Of a stretch of DNA of 64,000 bases, positions 13,175-26,687 are shown in pieces (position 1 is the first letter of the stretch; every line of letters starts with the position of its first letter). This DNA comes from Eledone cirrhosa (Eukaryota), in the NCBI GenBank assembly GCA_964016885.1, contig OZ024741.1:111414001-111478000 (forward strand), in the 5' to 3' direction. The notes under the pieces are model-generated. The model saw nothing but the letters and a program-made list of their open reading frames with translations. It did not search any database and was not told where the DNA came from. A program made the position numbers and the translations under genes.

Positions 13175-14400
13175 TAGGTTTGTTGGTTAGAACTGGTCAT
13201 TCCATATAGTCAACCGTGATATAATATTAGGAAAAGCACTCCACGTAATGCAACTCACCCATCTTCGTTTATGTTGAATCTTGTTGGTGGTGCGAGAACG
13301 GAGTTAATTACTATTGAGTAAAATGAGAGGAGGCTGGACTGGTGAAATTACTTAAAGATTTATTATAAGCACGAGGCACATTTCAATGACATATATCTAC
13401 ATCCCATCTGTATTTATTGCGATGTGGGATGAGATTGTATCCCGTATAAATTCAAATCTGGACCGCCCATGGAACTCTGGTTAACTTGGAACTGAGTATA
13501 GTATCTTTACCTATTTCATTAAATTTTGCTACTTTTAAATTTCACACCATTGGTGTGAATAACTAATAATCGTTTGGTATACGCTGGATGATCGGCTGGC
13601 TGTGACGGCCTTCCGCTTGCACACCCAGCGCCTGAGTCTGTCAACCTTCCTGGAGTGCTTGGAAAAATAAATTTCTCTTTCTTTCGGTAGACGAAAATAC
13701 TCGGAACGGTTAGAACTCTTAAATTTTACATTTTTAATCTTTGATCTTAACTTTAAATTCTTCCCTAAAACTTTATTATGACTATCAAAGATATATTTAA
13801 CTCTTACATAAATGCTTCCTTCTATAAATATTTTAACTAGATCTCTCAATTTTAAACCTAAATTTTACATTTTTAATCTTTAATTGTATTTTAAATTATA
13901 TCTTTCAATTCTAAACATAAATTTTACATTTCTAATCTTTAATCTTTCTAATCTTTAATTTCTAACTCTACATTAAAACCTTTTAGGTTCTGGTTCTGAC
14001 TGTACATCCGTCCACTATATATTTTAGTATTTTTTAGTACTTTTGACTAACGCCAAAAAAAAAAAAAAAGAATTCTTCTAATGTAACCTGATCTCATTCA
14101 CCAATAGCCTGTGTCCATAGCACGGTAGTAGTTGTATGCACTATAAATATACGGCCCCCTGACCAAACCGACAAGACGAAATTAAGTAGATTCCTCACTT
14201 GAAGGCGGTCATCCAGACTGGCAACTACTGGCTCTGGCCGCCTTCAGGTCTTTATTATATTCCTTTATTAGATAAATTTCGTAACACCTGATGATGTCAC
14301 CGGGTTCCTGCAAAACCCGGTCATTGAAATGTGCATAGTGTTTATAATAAATCTTTAAGGAATTTCACCAGTCCAGCCTCCTGTCATTTTACTCAATAAT
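13175..14400 (+). mobile_element. Non-coding Penelope-like element, family A (inverted tail/pLTR end + body + hammerhead-bearing pLTR)
   Basis: 13312-13390 is the reverse complement of 14320-14398. 13175-13311 matches the reverse complement of 32500-32640. Flanked by TA runs. Confidence 0.75.
14283..14342 (+). ncRNA. Minimal type-I hammerhead ribozyme motif (family A)
   Basis: aacac-CTGATGA-t(gtcaccgggtt..aacccggtcat)t-GAAA-tgtgca-TA-gtgtt. Confidence 0.7.
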
Positions 14401-14448
14401 ATATATATACATAAAATTTAAAGGGTATATACATATAAACTAGACAAA

Positions 14449-14499
<51 letters not shown>

Positions 14500-14566
14500 T
14501 TTTGGCAACCATTCACGGTGTGGCTCAATGACGAATTAATTAAATAATTAATAATCAGAGCAATAT

Positions 14567-14924
<358 letters not shown>

Positions 14925-14928
14925 TATA

Positions 14929-15425
14929 AACGGAAAAAATGAAACGAAATTTCATTTCCCGCTCTTAGTACGGCTGTTACTTAAATATAAGTATGTACAC
15001 GTACATACATATATGTATACAGACGTACAGTAGTATGTATATATATATATACATACATGCACACATATATATATATGTACGTATGGATTCACCGAACATT
15101 TATTATAATGCTCGGTGTGTTTGTAAACAAACATCCCGTATTAAGCCGTAGTGTCTAGCAACCATCATTACTTGAACAAACGAGCAGCGATGGTTGCTAG
15201 ACACTACGGCTTAATACGGGATGTTTGTTTACAAACACACCGAGCATTATAATAAATGTTCGGTGAATCCATACGTACATATATATATATGTGCATGTAT
15301 GTATATATATATATACATACTACTGTACGTCTGTATACATATATGTATGTACGTGTACATACTTATATTTAAGTAACAGCCGTACTAAGAGTGAGAAATG
15401 AAATTTCGTTTCATTTTTTCCGTTC
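14929..15425. repeat. Near-perfect palindrome (~238-bp arms) of the 25028-25705 family
   Basis: 14929-15166 versus 15189-15425. The arm sequence recurs directly at 25028 and 25461. Confidence 0.92.
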
Positions 15426-15484
<59 letters not shown>

Positions 15485-15502
15485 TATAATATATATTATA
15501 TA

Positions 15503-15646
<144 letters not shown>

Positions 15647-16225
15647 AGTTAATTTTATTGCTCATTTTTTGTCGATTCTATTGAGTGATGAATAGCTTTT
15701 GTTTTATTTTAACATGTCTATTGAGCACTCTTATTCGATATGTGTATTTCCACATTCCCTCGAATTGTTTTCGCGGATATAGAGGTTATCTCCCTTGTCT
15801 AATGCCATGTGCGTTTTTCACTCGTAGTTAGCCCCTTTTCCGCTAGGAAAAAAGCTCGTTGAAAAAGTAAACTCCGTTCCGCTTGCTCTAGTAGGCTTTT
15901 ATATTTATATGTGAGCTGATAGAGTACAGTCTAAGGATTTACAGAAACCCATGAAGCTAGATTTAACACCTTTCTAGTGGGTCCGGGTATGATTTTACAT
16001 TCATTTAAATTATTGATGTATTGTTTTATTGATATTTTTTATCTGTTTGTCCCGAATCTTCTATTATCGATTTTTTATCGTATGGTTGATTGTAGACTTA
16101 TTCTATATGTGACGGTATTTTAACGATAGTTATAGCTCTGATTCATCTGGATTATTGAGCCCTCTGCCGCTCATTTCGAATTTTGTTTATCGTGAACTCG
16201 TGCGCCGATTTTTCGATACTCGATC

Positions 16226-16325
<100 letters not shown>

Positions 16326-16433
16326 CCAGTGGGGATGGCGTTCGTACAGATATGTCTACACACAGACACACACACATGCGTTGTTTAAGGAGAGAGGATA
16401 TGTGTTGGTGATATTGATGGTTGTGTAAGTATT

Positions 16434-16805
16434 GCGATATGTCTGGTGGTGGTGGTTGCGACATGATATTTGCAGGGTCGAATTTTACGATGGATTACAG
16501 GTTAAAAAGTGACATAGGGAACCCGGGGTACTGGACTGAGGAATGGTGGACGTATGGCGATGTGTTTGGTGGTGGGGATGATTTGTTCGACATCATATTT
16601 ACAGGATCGGATTTTACGATGGGTTACAAGTTAATACCTGACAGAGAAGACACATAGAACACAATAGTATTGAGATGAGGGATGTATAGCGATGTGTTTG
16701 TTGGTGGTGGTGGTGGGGGTGAAGGGTGCGACATGATATTTACAAGATCTGATCTTACCATGGGTTACATGTTATAGAAGACAAATGTATTGAGATGAGG
16801 GACGG
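16434..16805. repeat. Three diverged ~125-bp tandem units downstream of the Naiad-type ORF
   Basis: Repeated gcgatgtgtttggtggtgg..cgacatgatatttacagg.tc.gattttacgatgggttaca.gtta. Confidence 0.8.
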
Positions 16806-16920
16806 TGTGGAAAAGCAAAGTTGGTTATTCCTATGTTGGGTCAGGGTTAGTGTTTGGCCCTCGGCCGAATGTTTGTGCAGAGATGGTGGTCATTCTGGTG
16901 TGTCTGCAGTTTATAATAAT

Positions 16921-17106
16921 TGTTTCTACTTTTGGCACAAGGCCAGCAATTACCCAGTACATTACTGGTACTTTATTTTATCGACCCCGTAAGGATGAAA
17001 GGCAAAGTTAACCTCGGCGGGATTTGAACTCAGTTCGTAAAGGGACGTAACTGTGCTACAAAACATGGCGTCTGACCCTCTACCGATACTGCCAATCCAC
17101 CACCAT
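16921..17106 (-). mobile_element. tRNA-derived SINE with 13-bp TSD inserted in the GIY-YIG tail
   Basis: TSD agtttataataat at 16908-16920 and 17107-17119. Removing the SINE restores DIIINCRH. Confidence 0.92.
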
Positions 17107-18969
17107 AGTTTATAATAATGTCAGATCTTGATTTTATGGCCGATTTCAATTTAATGATCACAGCCGCTTCGGCCAGGCATAATCTGCAGTGGTTTTTGTC
17201 GTTGGGGAGATGGGTCATATGTCTTTTAACTGACCACTTGATCTGGTATTCCAAGTTCTTGTCTTTGAGGTTCCAGATCAAGTCCGCCAGTTTTGTTTGG
17301 GATCGTTTGGGCCTGTGTTTGAATTAGCTTTTGTGGTTATACCAGCGTTCCTTAAACGTAGTCGATGTCGCCTCTATGTAGGAGTACTCTTTTTGGCCCG
17401 CTGTGACATCGCATAAATAATGTTTTTAACGAGGCACTCCCCGTTTAGTGGGCATGCCACCCGCTTTTTGCAGTTGCAGTTGGGGATTATGGGTTTGCTG
17501 CCACGTTGTCGGTTGTACGTATTCTGTGTGGAGCTGGCATGTAGGTTTCTGTGTTGTGTTGTGTGTGTTGTTTCGTTCTGGGTTGTGCTAGTGGTTGGTT
17601 GTGGTGCTATCGTGTGTTTGCGTATTTTTGTCCTATTTGCGTGAGCTGTCGTGTTGCCTAGATTTAGTGTTGTGGAGAAGGAGAATTTGACAGTGTGTCT
17701 ATTAAAGAGCTTGTGGTATTTATGTGTAGGTGGGAAGGATTGGTCAAGAGCTCTGAAGAAGGTTCCCGGTATATTGGTGGCAACGTGTATAGAGTACGGG
17801 CGTTGTACCATGTCACAGGTCTACTTCGGGCTTTACGGTGTTTAGTGTGGTTGTTGTGGTTTAGTGTTGCGTGGGTGCGTTTTGGTCAGGCGTATTTGTC
17901 ATGGGGGTTCCTGCTCTTCTATTGTCGTTAAGTCCCGGGTCTCTATTACTAGGTCATCGTGTGCGATATTCAGAGTCCTTACTGGGGTTGGAGAGTATAG
18001 ATTTATCTCCATGGCAGTTGTGTGTAACGCTGCCTGTCCTGCCGGCTAAAGGTAGTCTTTGCTTAATGTTAGTTCTAGGTGGGGTGTCCTCGTCTATATG
18101 CGTTTCTAAGGGTCTGTTTGGGTTTAGCGGCGTTGCGGTTCTAGTTTGGTCATTGTAAGTTATCTTCTCATTGTACCCAGCCTTTTCAAGTGCGGAGTTA
18201 TAGTATTCTGCGTGCTGGTTGAATATAGTTCTGTTCGCCGACAGGTTTGACACTCTGTAGGAAACGCTTTTAACTATTGAGTTAATTATGCTCCTAGGGT
18301 GGTTGGAGTGTCTGTTGACATATTTCAGGTTTTCGTTGGGTTTATGCTATGGGCGGTAGAGACCTGTGTCTAATTCTAATGTGACGTCTAAGAAGTTTAC
18401 TGTCCTACTGTTGGGTTCTATTTATACCGCTAATCCTTGGGTCTTAAAGATATATCTAAGTCGTTTGTGTAGTCTATCTAATTGTAATTGGCTATTATTG
18501 AGTCCGCGGGCCATGAGTAGGGGGGGGGGGGGGGGCGTCCCGGTACAAGCCTCCGCCCATGATGGGGATCTCGTCCGTTATTATATTTAGGAGGTATAGG
18601 CCTACTACATCCGTAACCTGTGCGGAGTCACTAGACCCCATAGTAATGTCGAAGCTATCTGATCTATTTTGTCGTTCCCATAATTTACCGTCAAATTCTA
18701 CTAAGGTTTTCCTAGTTACTAGTATAATGTCTACCTCTTTTCTGGTGAGGCTTGATCTGTTCATGGCTGAGATCAGTGGCTTGTTTAGGATGACCGGGGA
18801 TATAGAAGCGTAATAGTTCGCAATGTCCATTTGGACGAATCGAACATCCGACTTGGTTTCAATGCCGGAGAACCAGTCGATTACCTCCTTTGTACAGGAC
18901 CAGAGGTTGAGTTTAATCCTATTTCTTAGTTTTGGCATTATCCGGTGAATGATGCATTTGCTTAGTCTA

Positions 18970-19043
<74 letters not shown>

Positions 19044-19309
19044 CATATATTTATTAGCATTTATTAGCATTTGCACCTACACTGTAATTCAGAATATTCC
19101 AGTGCTGTTTTCTCTTACCTAACGGTTTGTCTTGTTTGGTCTCTTTATTTTCGTTTTTTTTTTACTTAGACTTCCTTTTATTTTCTTTATCTATCCTCTG
19201 TGATCCTGTCTCTATTTTGGTACTTCCATGTAAAGGCTGAAACACATAAGACTTTTTGTACCTCTTTTTGTTGGTTCCTTGAACTATACATATATATATA
19301 TATATACAA

Positions 19310-19408
19310 CCATTATAATTTTAAAGGATTGTAAATAAAACGAGTAAATCAGACAAAATTGGAATTCCTTTTATTAATATAAACTTCTATACACAATCAT
19401 ACACACCC

Positions 19409-19451
<43 letters not shown>

Positions 19452-20572
19452 TCCTATTGTATATATGCCAACATGACTGGAAAGCAACAAATAAAATCAA
19501 CAGAATCAGAAAAAATTCTAAAGGAGATATCATCGAAATTATCAACACTTATTACGATGAATGACACACAATCCTCTATTTTAAAGGAAATAGAAAAACA
19601 ATCTACAGACGGAAAACTTATAACTGAACATATAAACTCTGAAATTAAGAATTTAGCTGAAATTATACCAAACAAAACACATCGAATAAGAAAAGAAATG
19701 TGGAAGACATGGAAACAATTTCTTAACATAAGAAAATAAAACTTCTGGAAAGCATACAAATGCGAAAAATATGTCGAAACACATTCGAAATGGCTCTCTC
19801 AAACGGCACCCATACTCCGTCGTAAATACCTAATTACAGAAATTGCAGGAGAACCAGAAGAAGAAACAAAACTCCGATGGGAACTTACATTGACAAAATT
19901 CAGGGACCGACATCTCCATTACTCAATGTAAACAATCCCGCTACAAAGCCAAATACGAAGCTATCGATGACCAAATTGAAGTCGAAATTTCAAAGCTAAC
20001 GACTGGTAATATAGCTGAAAAACTACGAGAACTATGGATCAGAGATATCTCAAAAGAAGAAAGCAAATCAAGAAAGTTATGGCAGCAGAAACAATTATTT
20101 CTCGACGAATATGCTGCAAATTACGGTAAAGACTCTGGAACTCTGAGAAAAAGCATTAAAAGTGGACAATCTCGCCAACACAACCTACGCTAGAACACGT
20201 GGCAACACAAACACTCACCTTACCTTGAATCAAAGAAGAACTATGGTAAGAACTCTTCGCTTTTTATACAAAAACACCCTATGAGAAGTAGAAAAACCAG
20301 GAGATCGTTCTCAAGACCTCAACAAAGACTACCCACAAGGAACGGGAAAAAAACTGTAGAATAACCAGATCACTCTCAAGATCTCAACAGAGATTACCCA
20401 CAAGAAACTGGGCGAAAAAACGATCTAAACCTGAAAACCTAGGTCATTTTCCCAGATTGTTAAAAATACCCATTATAATTTTAAAGGACTGTAAATAAAA
20501 CGAGTAAATCAGACAAAGCTGGAATTCCTTTTATTAATATAATCTTCTATACACAATCATACACACCCGTGT
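19310..20572 (+). mobile_element. Decayed ORF1-like (helical/charged) coding remnant between ~100-bp direct repeats
   Basis: Direct repeats at 19310-19410 and 20470-20570. The frame 19473-~20190 continues through a stop and a frameshift (WKQFLNIRK*NFWKAY..ILRRKYL..GEPEEETKLR..LWIRDISKEE). Confidence 0.55.
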
Positions 20573-20594
20573 ATATTTATTTCTATCTATCTAT

Positions 20595-20660
<66 letters not shown>

Positions 20661-20666
<6 letters not shown>

Positions 20667-21447
20667 CTCCATACAGTAACGGTTAAAGTCACATGTAATA
20701 ATTCTTTACACACGTCTCACTGTGTAACACACTTCTCTCTGTGTAATATATTTGTATTTGAGCTCAGATGAACATTCTCTATTCTTCTTTGAGGTAATAT
20801 TATTATTACTGTGAACTACGGAATACTCTTAATTCCGATCCTTGTATACTTAACGAGCTCCAAATTGTTGAGCTAATAAATTCGAATGGTTGGACTGCTC
20901 TCTCTAGCATTTTTCACAATCCATGAGAGCCGTTATTTGATGCAAATAACACGTGATTTCGCGCTACTCTGGGCAGTGTGTATTATTTGCTTTCTCTCTA
21001 TCCATGAGGTTAGATGTGACGTGAACAGAATCCACACTTGCTGACTGAGGAACCTGTGGGCTGTTGCACTGCACATTTCTGTGACGAAACGAAATAGATT
21101 CGTATCAGCAATCCTCCGGGGAAACGCCTTCTCCATTCTGTCCGCCAGGACTGTGGGTGGGCCCCATCGCGTACCAATACATTAGTTAAATACCATTCTT
21201 TCATCTGTTTAATAATTATAACTGCTTCTCGTATTGATGTTCAATAAGTACCAAATAACCACGTAGCTTAAAGTTATAAGGTTGGTAATTTAAAACTCTA
21301 CTTCAGAGATTGATTCTGACGTAGTTTTTTTCTATTTAATTGGTAACCTATAGATATTGTTCTCCATACAGTAACGGTTAACCTCACATGTAATAATTCT
21401 TTACACACATCTCACTGTGTAACACACTTCTCTCTGTGTAATATATT

Positions 21448-21452
<5 letters not shown>
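20661..21452. mobile_element. pLTR-like element with ~97-bp direct terminal repeats in (TA)n
   Basis: 20661-20757 is repeated at 21355-21452. Confidence 0.6.
21117..21206 (+). mobile_element. 3'-terminal ~90-bp fragment of the CRE element at 55.5-58.0 kb
   Basis: Near-identical to 57923-58011. Confidence 0.85.
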
Positions 21453-21520
<68 letters not shown>

Positions 21521-21522
<2 letters not shown>

Positions 21523-21601
21523 TCCTCCTCCTCTTTCTTCCCGTTTGACCTGTCTGTAATTCTTTTCTCGCGCGCTCTTGGTCAAGCCGGTATGAATTTT
21601 T

Positions 21602-21637
<36 letters not shown>

Positions 21638-22660
21638 GCGACTTCACAGAACTTATGTTTACCGAATTCGCAGACCAGACCCCTTCTTCCTCCCGTTAGA
21701 CAGACCTGTGCGAAATTCCTTCCTTGCTCACATTTCAACCAGGTTTGATGGTCTTTATTCTCTCGTTCACGATTTCACCGAATTTATATTCATAGAAATC
21801 TGGGACTTGTCTCTTTCTTCATCACTTTCTGTTGCTTAAACCATTTTGTTTGTTTACCCTAGCGTCCCCTTTATTTACGTGTCCCAACGACTTTTTTTAG
21901 CCGTTGCTCGCACCAACCTGAGGTATATGGTCTTTAAAGCGATGAAATGCCTAGGACGGTTGGAAGACCACTGATGAAGGACAAACTTTTTCATATGTAA
22001 CCCATTTGCAACGCCGCAGCTCCATTATTATCATATTTACACATATATTTTTTCCTCTGCTGCTACCCATCTGTTTCGTTCTTTGTATCTTTACCCTTTC
22101 TAGCAGTCTCTCTCTCTCTGTTAGCCTCTTCCTCACCCTTCACTCACTCATTCTCTGTCACTACCTCTCCTCCTCCTCTTTCTTCCCGTTTGACCTGTGA
22201 GTAATTCTTTTCTCGCGCGCTCTTGGCCAAGCCGGTATGAATTTTTTTTCTCTCTCTCTCTCTCTCTCGTCTGCGACTTCACAGAACTTATGTTTACCGA
22301 ATTCGCAGACCAGACCCCTTCTTCCTCCCGTTAGACCTGTGCGAAATTCCTTCCTTGCTCACATTTCAACCAGGTTTGATGGTCTTTATTCTCTCGTTCA
22401 CGATTTCACCGAATTTATATTCATAGAAATCTGGGACTTGTCTCTTTCTTCATCACTTTCTGTTGCTTAAACCATTTTGTTTGTTTACCCTAGCGTCCCC
22501 TTTATTTACGTGTCCCAATGACTTTTTTTAGCCGTTACTCGCACCAACCTGAGGTATATGGTCTTTAAAGCGATGAAATGCCTAGGACGGTTGGAAGACC
22601 ACCGACGAAGGACAAACTTTTTCATATGTAACCCATTTGCAACGCCGCAGTTCCATTATT

Positions 22661-22667
<7 letters not shown>
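21521..22667 (+). mobile_element. Partial tandem (two ~500-bp direct copies) of a pLTR-like element; related copy at 42020-42525
   Basis: 21521-22036 versus 22166-22667. (TA)n flanks. The 3' block gctcgcaccaac..ctgatgaaggac..tgtaacccat is shared with 42390-42500. Confidence 0.75.
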
Positions 22668-22756
<89 letters not shown>

Positions 22757-22837
22757 CATATATATATATATACAGTATATATATATATACACACATATAT
22801 ATATACATATACATACACACACATATGTATATATCTA

Positions 22838-22910
<73 letters not shown>

Positions 22911-22923
22911 ATATATATACATA

Positions 22924-22966
<43 letters not shown>

Positions 22967-23005
22967 ATATATATATATACTGTATGTTTATATATATATA
23001 TACAG

Positions 23006-23053
<48 letters not shown>

Positions 23054-23182
23054 AATACATACACACACAGATATGTATATATATAAATATATATATATGT
23101 ATATAGATACACACACACACATATGTGTGTATATATATATATATATGTATATATGTATATATATATATAATTATATATATAT

Positions 23183-23360
23183 ATATATTTGAAAAAAAGG
23201 AAAAGAATGACTTCACTTGTAGTGTTAAATAATTTGATTTAATTTTATAATATAATATTATGAATTGATCTACCAACTCATAATATTATAATATTATAAA
23301 ATTAAATCAAATTATTTAACACTACAAGTGAAGTCATTCTTTTCCTTTTTTTCAAATATA
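23183..23360. repeat. Fold-back palindrome (~85-bp arms, ~6-nt loop) plus 35-bp tail in (TA)n
   Basis: The arms are reverse complementary around atctac. Confidence 0.9.
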
Positions 23361-23394
23361 CCTAACTGTAACAAGGATCTCACACAATCACCAA

Positions 23395-23449
23395 TATATA
23401 TATATATATGTATATATATATAAATGTATATATAAATATATATATATAA

Positions 23450-23509
<60 letters not shown>

Positions 23510-23592
23510 GTATATATATATATATATATATATAAATATATATATATAAATGTATATATATAAATGTATATATATATATATATATATAAATG

Positions 23593-23624
<32 letters not shown>

Positions 23625-23683
23625 TATAAATGTATATATATATATATATAAATATATATATATAAATGTATATATATATATAA

Positions 23684-23729
<46 letters not shown>

Positions 23730-23805
23730 GTATATATATATATATAAATGTATATATATATAAATGTATATATATATATATATAAATGTATATATATATA
23801 TATAA

Positions 23806-23840
<35 letters not shown>

Positions 23841-24020
23841 TATATATATAAATGTATATATATATATATATATATATAAATGTATATATATATATATATA
23901 AATATATATATATAAATGTATATATATATATGTATATATATAAATATATATATATAAATGTATATATATATATATATATATAAATATATATATAAATGTA
24001 TATATATATATATATATATT
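23395..24020. repeat. Compound (TA)n array punctuated by AAATG
   Basis: Seen directly. Confidence 0.95.
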
Positions 24021-24080
24021 AGAAAGTGAGGTTTTTTTTACAAAATGAAAAATAACCGAGGTGTCCTACACGAGTGAAAG

Positions 24081-24371
24081 TATAAAGAAAAAAAGATGAA
24101 ATCGAAAATGCAACTGAAGTCTTATTTTTTTTAAAAATATATATATTTATTTGGTTCCTTTACCGGTTTCGCAGTTCTTCTACTTTTCAAAAGGTGAGTT
24201 GAGATGGAGGGTCTGTGGTTTTTCTCACATGTGAGAAAAACCACAGACCCTCCATCTCAACTCACCTTTTGAAAAGCAGAAGAACTGCGAAACCGGTAAA
24301 GGAACCAAATAAATATATATATTTAAAAAAAAAATAAGACTTCAGTTGCATTTTCGATTTCATCTTTTTTT

Positions 24372-24378
<7 letters not shown>
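24081..24378. repeat. Loop-less palindrome (~148-bp arms centred on ACATGT); third arm copy at 24602-24748
   Basis: Centre at 24229/24230, with an unpaired tail at 24020-24080. Confidence 0.92.
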
Positions 24379-24437
<59 letters not shown>

Positions 24438-24741
24438 TACAGGATATGATAAAATAAAATGAATACAATGAAAACATTCAAAATATATTTAATATTTACG
24501 AAAGCACACGGAAAATTCTTACGCTTAACTATTTGAGATAAATTTGGCGTTTCGAGCCACTTTTTTCCATATAAAACAAGTAACATTCAAAGACCAACCA
24601 GATGTGAGAAAAACCACAGACCTTCCATCTCAACTCTACTTTTGAAAAGCAGAAGAACTGCGAAACCGGTAAAGGAACCAAATAAATATATATATTTTTT
24701 AAAAGTAAGACTCCAGTTGCATTTTCGATTTCATCTTCTTT

Positions 24742-24791
<50 letters not shown>

Positions 24792-24889
24792 GAGTTTTCC
24801 TCTGCTTTTTCTTTATCTGCTTCCTCTCTTTATAGCCTCTTGAATTTTGTTTACAATTATTCTTTTATTATATAACTATTATGCAATAT

Positions 24890-24947
24890 ACACCTGATGA
24901 TGTCACCAGGATCTTACGTAGCCTAGCCACTGAAATGTATATAGTGT
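24890..24947 (+). ncRNA. Hammerhead motif in a family A pLTR fragment (24790-25010)
   Basis: acac-CTGATGA-tgt..act-GAAA-tgtata-TA-gtgt. Confidence 0.6.
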
Positions 24948-25027
24948 TTGGAGTAATACATTTTTGAAGGAATTCCACCAGTCTGACCTCTTGTTCTTTT
25001 ACTCATTAATATATATATATATATAAA

Positions 25028-25705
25028 CGGAAAAAATGAAACGAAATTTCATTTCCCACTCTTAGTACGGCTGTTACTTAAATATAAGTATGTATACGTA
25101 CATACATATATGTATACAGACGTACAGTAGTATGTATATATATATACATACATGCACATATATATATATATATATGTACGTATGGATTCACCAAACATTT
25201 ATTATAATGCTCGGTGTGTTTGTAAACAAACATCCCGTATAAAGCCGCAGTGTCTAGCAACCACCGTTGCTCGTTTGTTCAACACTGACAAAGGAACGCT
25301 GTACTAGTTTCAAGCTTGTTAGCTATCGTCAGCAACGTATACCTTCCTGCCAGATTGTTGAACGTCCGAAAGTATATACTTTCCTTATGCATATTAACGG
25401 CCGAGTAGCCCAATTTGCATATCGAGTGGGTTAATCGGCCGGGTGCACCGAAAACGATACACGGAAAAAATTAAACGAAATTTCATTTCCCACACTTAGT
25501 ACGGCTGTTACTTAAATATAAGTATGTATACGTACATACATATATGTATACAGACGTACAGTAGTATGTATATATATATATACATACATGCACACATGTA
25601 TATATGTACGTATGGATTCACCAAACATTTATTATAATGCTCGGTGTGTTTGTAAACAAACATCCCGTATAAAGCCGCAGTGTCTAGCAACCACCGTTGC
25701 TCGTT
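25028..25705 (-). mobile_element. Non-coding ~434-bp-period partial tandem element (pLTR/retrozyme-like)
   Basis: 25028-25275 is repeated at 25461-25705. The unique part contains a hammerhead motif and a GC hairpin. Confidence 0.75.
25297..25337 (-). ncRNA. Minimal type-I hammerhead ribozyme motif
   Basis: Minus strand: cgttg-CTGACGA-t-agct-aaca-agct-t-GAAA-ctag-TA-cagcg. The core is intact and stem III (actagt) is palindromic. Confidence 0.8.
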
Positions 25706-25727
25706 ATATTGCACACATATATATATA

Positions 25728-26687
25728 CTAGCAGCAGTACCCAGCGTTGCCTGGGTATGTAAAATAATATCTGCTTTGATGAAAAGGTGTTGATCTTAGC
25801 GACTGCTTCTCGATGACTCATCTATGGCTACACACAGGCCATGTGGGAGAGGGTGGTGATGACCTCTATCACTGAGAAACGCGGGTGACTGACGAAGGGG
25901 CATGCTGGAGGAGGGATGTAATGACTTCTAACACTAAGCCAAATTTCCTCACGCTACTTTGATTGGAAACCGATGAATTCTCAAATACACAACTAAAGGC
26001 TCAGACGACGTCAGTGGCCATCGTTTTGCCTTTGACCATCTATAAGATGTGCAATGATAGGTTCTTTCGTAGTATAAAAGTTGAACCAAATAAATTGATT
26101 TATGTGTGAGGTGGAGCCAAAGATTCGAATTTGAATGAAATCGGTTGAAAAGGCGGAAATTTGATCGAAAAGGTGGTATTTTCGAATATTTAAGCGGCTG
26201 CCACGCCGTTCCTGAACAAAAAATACAAAATGTAAAGCCACTTTAATCAGATCTAGCGTAGTGTAAAATTTGAACAAAGTAGGTTGATTAATGTGCGAGC
26301 TAGAGCCGAAAAAATTTGAGTCCCAAAGTGGTATTTTTGAATATTTAAGCGGCTGCCACGCCTTCCCTGAACAACAAATGCAAAATATATAGCCATTACA
26401 GGATGTGTAATGATAAATTCTATTTTGCTTTAAAATTTGAATGAAATCGGTGGCAAAATGTGGGAGCAAGAGCCAAAAATCTTATTTCTCGATACCTAAA
26501 AAAAGGTGACCCCCTATCGATTTTTATCTGCAGAATGACCCCAGAACAAAAAAACGATACGCTGATATATAGAAAACACTCCCCGATGACTAATCTATAG
26601 CTTGTAAAGTTTCATGAAAATCGGTCGTAAGATGTAGGCCCCTGTAGGTAATACACAGACACACACACATACTTAATTTTATATATA

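Larger units (their letters stand above)
16330..18972 (-). mobile_element. 5'-truncated Penelope-like retroelement, Naiad-type (RT + C-terminal GIY-YIG), pseudogenised
   Basis: RT motifs MDIANYYASIS, FDITMGSSDSAQ, GLYRD and VNFLDVTL. Endonuclease region CNCKKRVACPLNGECLVKNIIY, CRLCLAE and NCRH. The 5' break abuts (TA)n. Confidence 0.9.

Noticed and set aside
17165-17485. Selenocysteine (UGA) recoding known in some Naiad elements
   Set aside because: The conserved Cys codons here and at 48247-48335 are TGC/TGT, and no SECIS was recognised.
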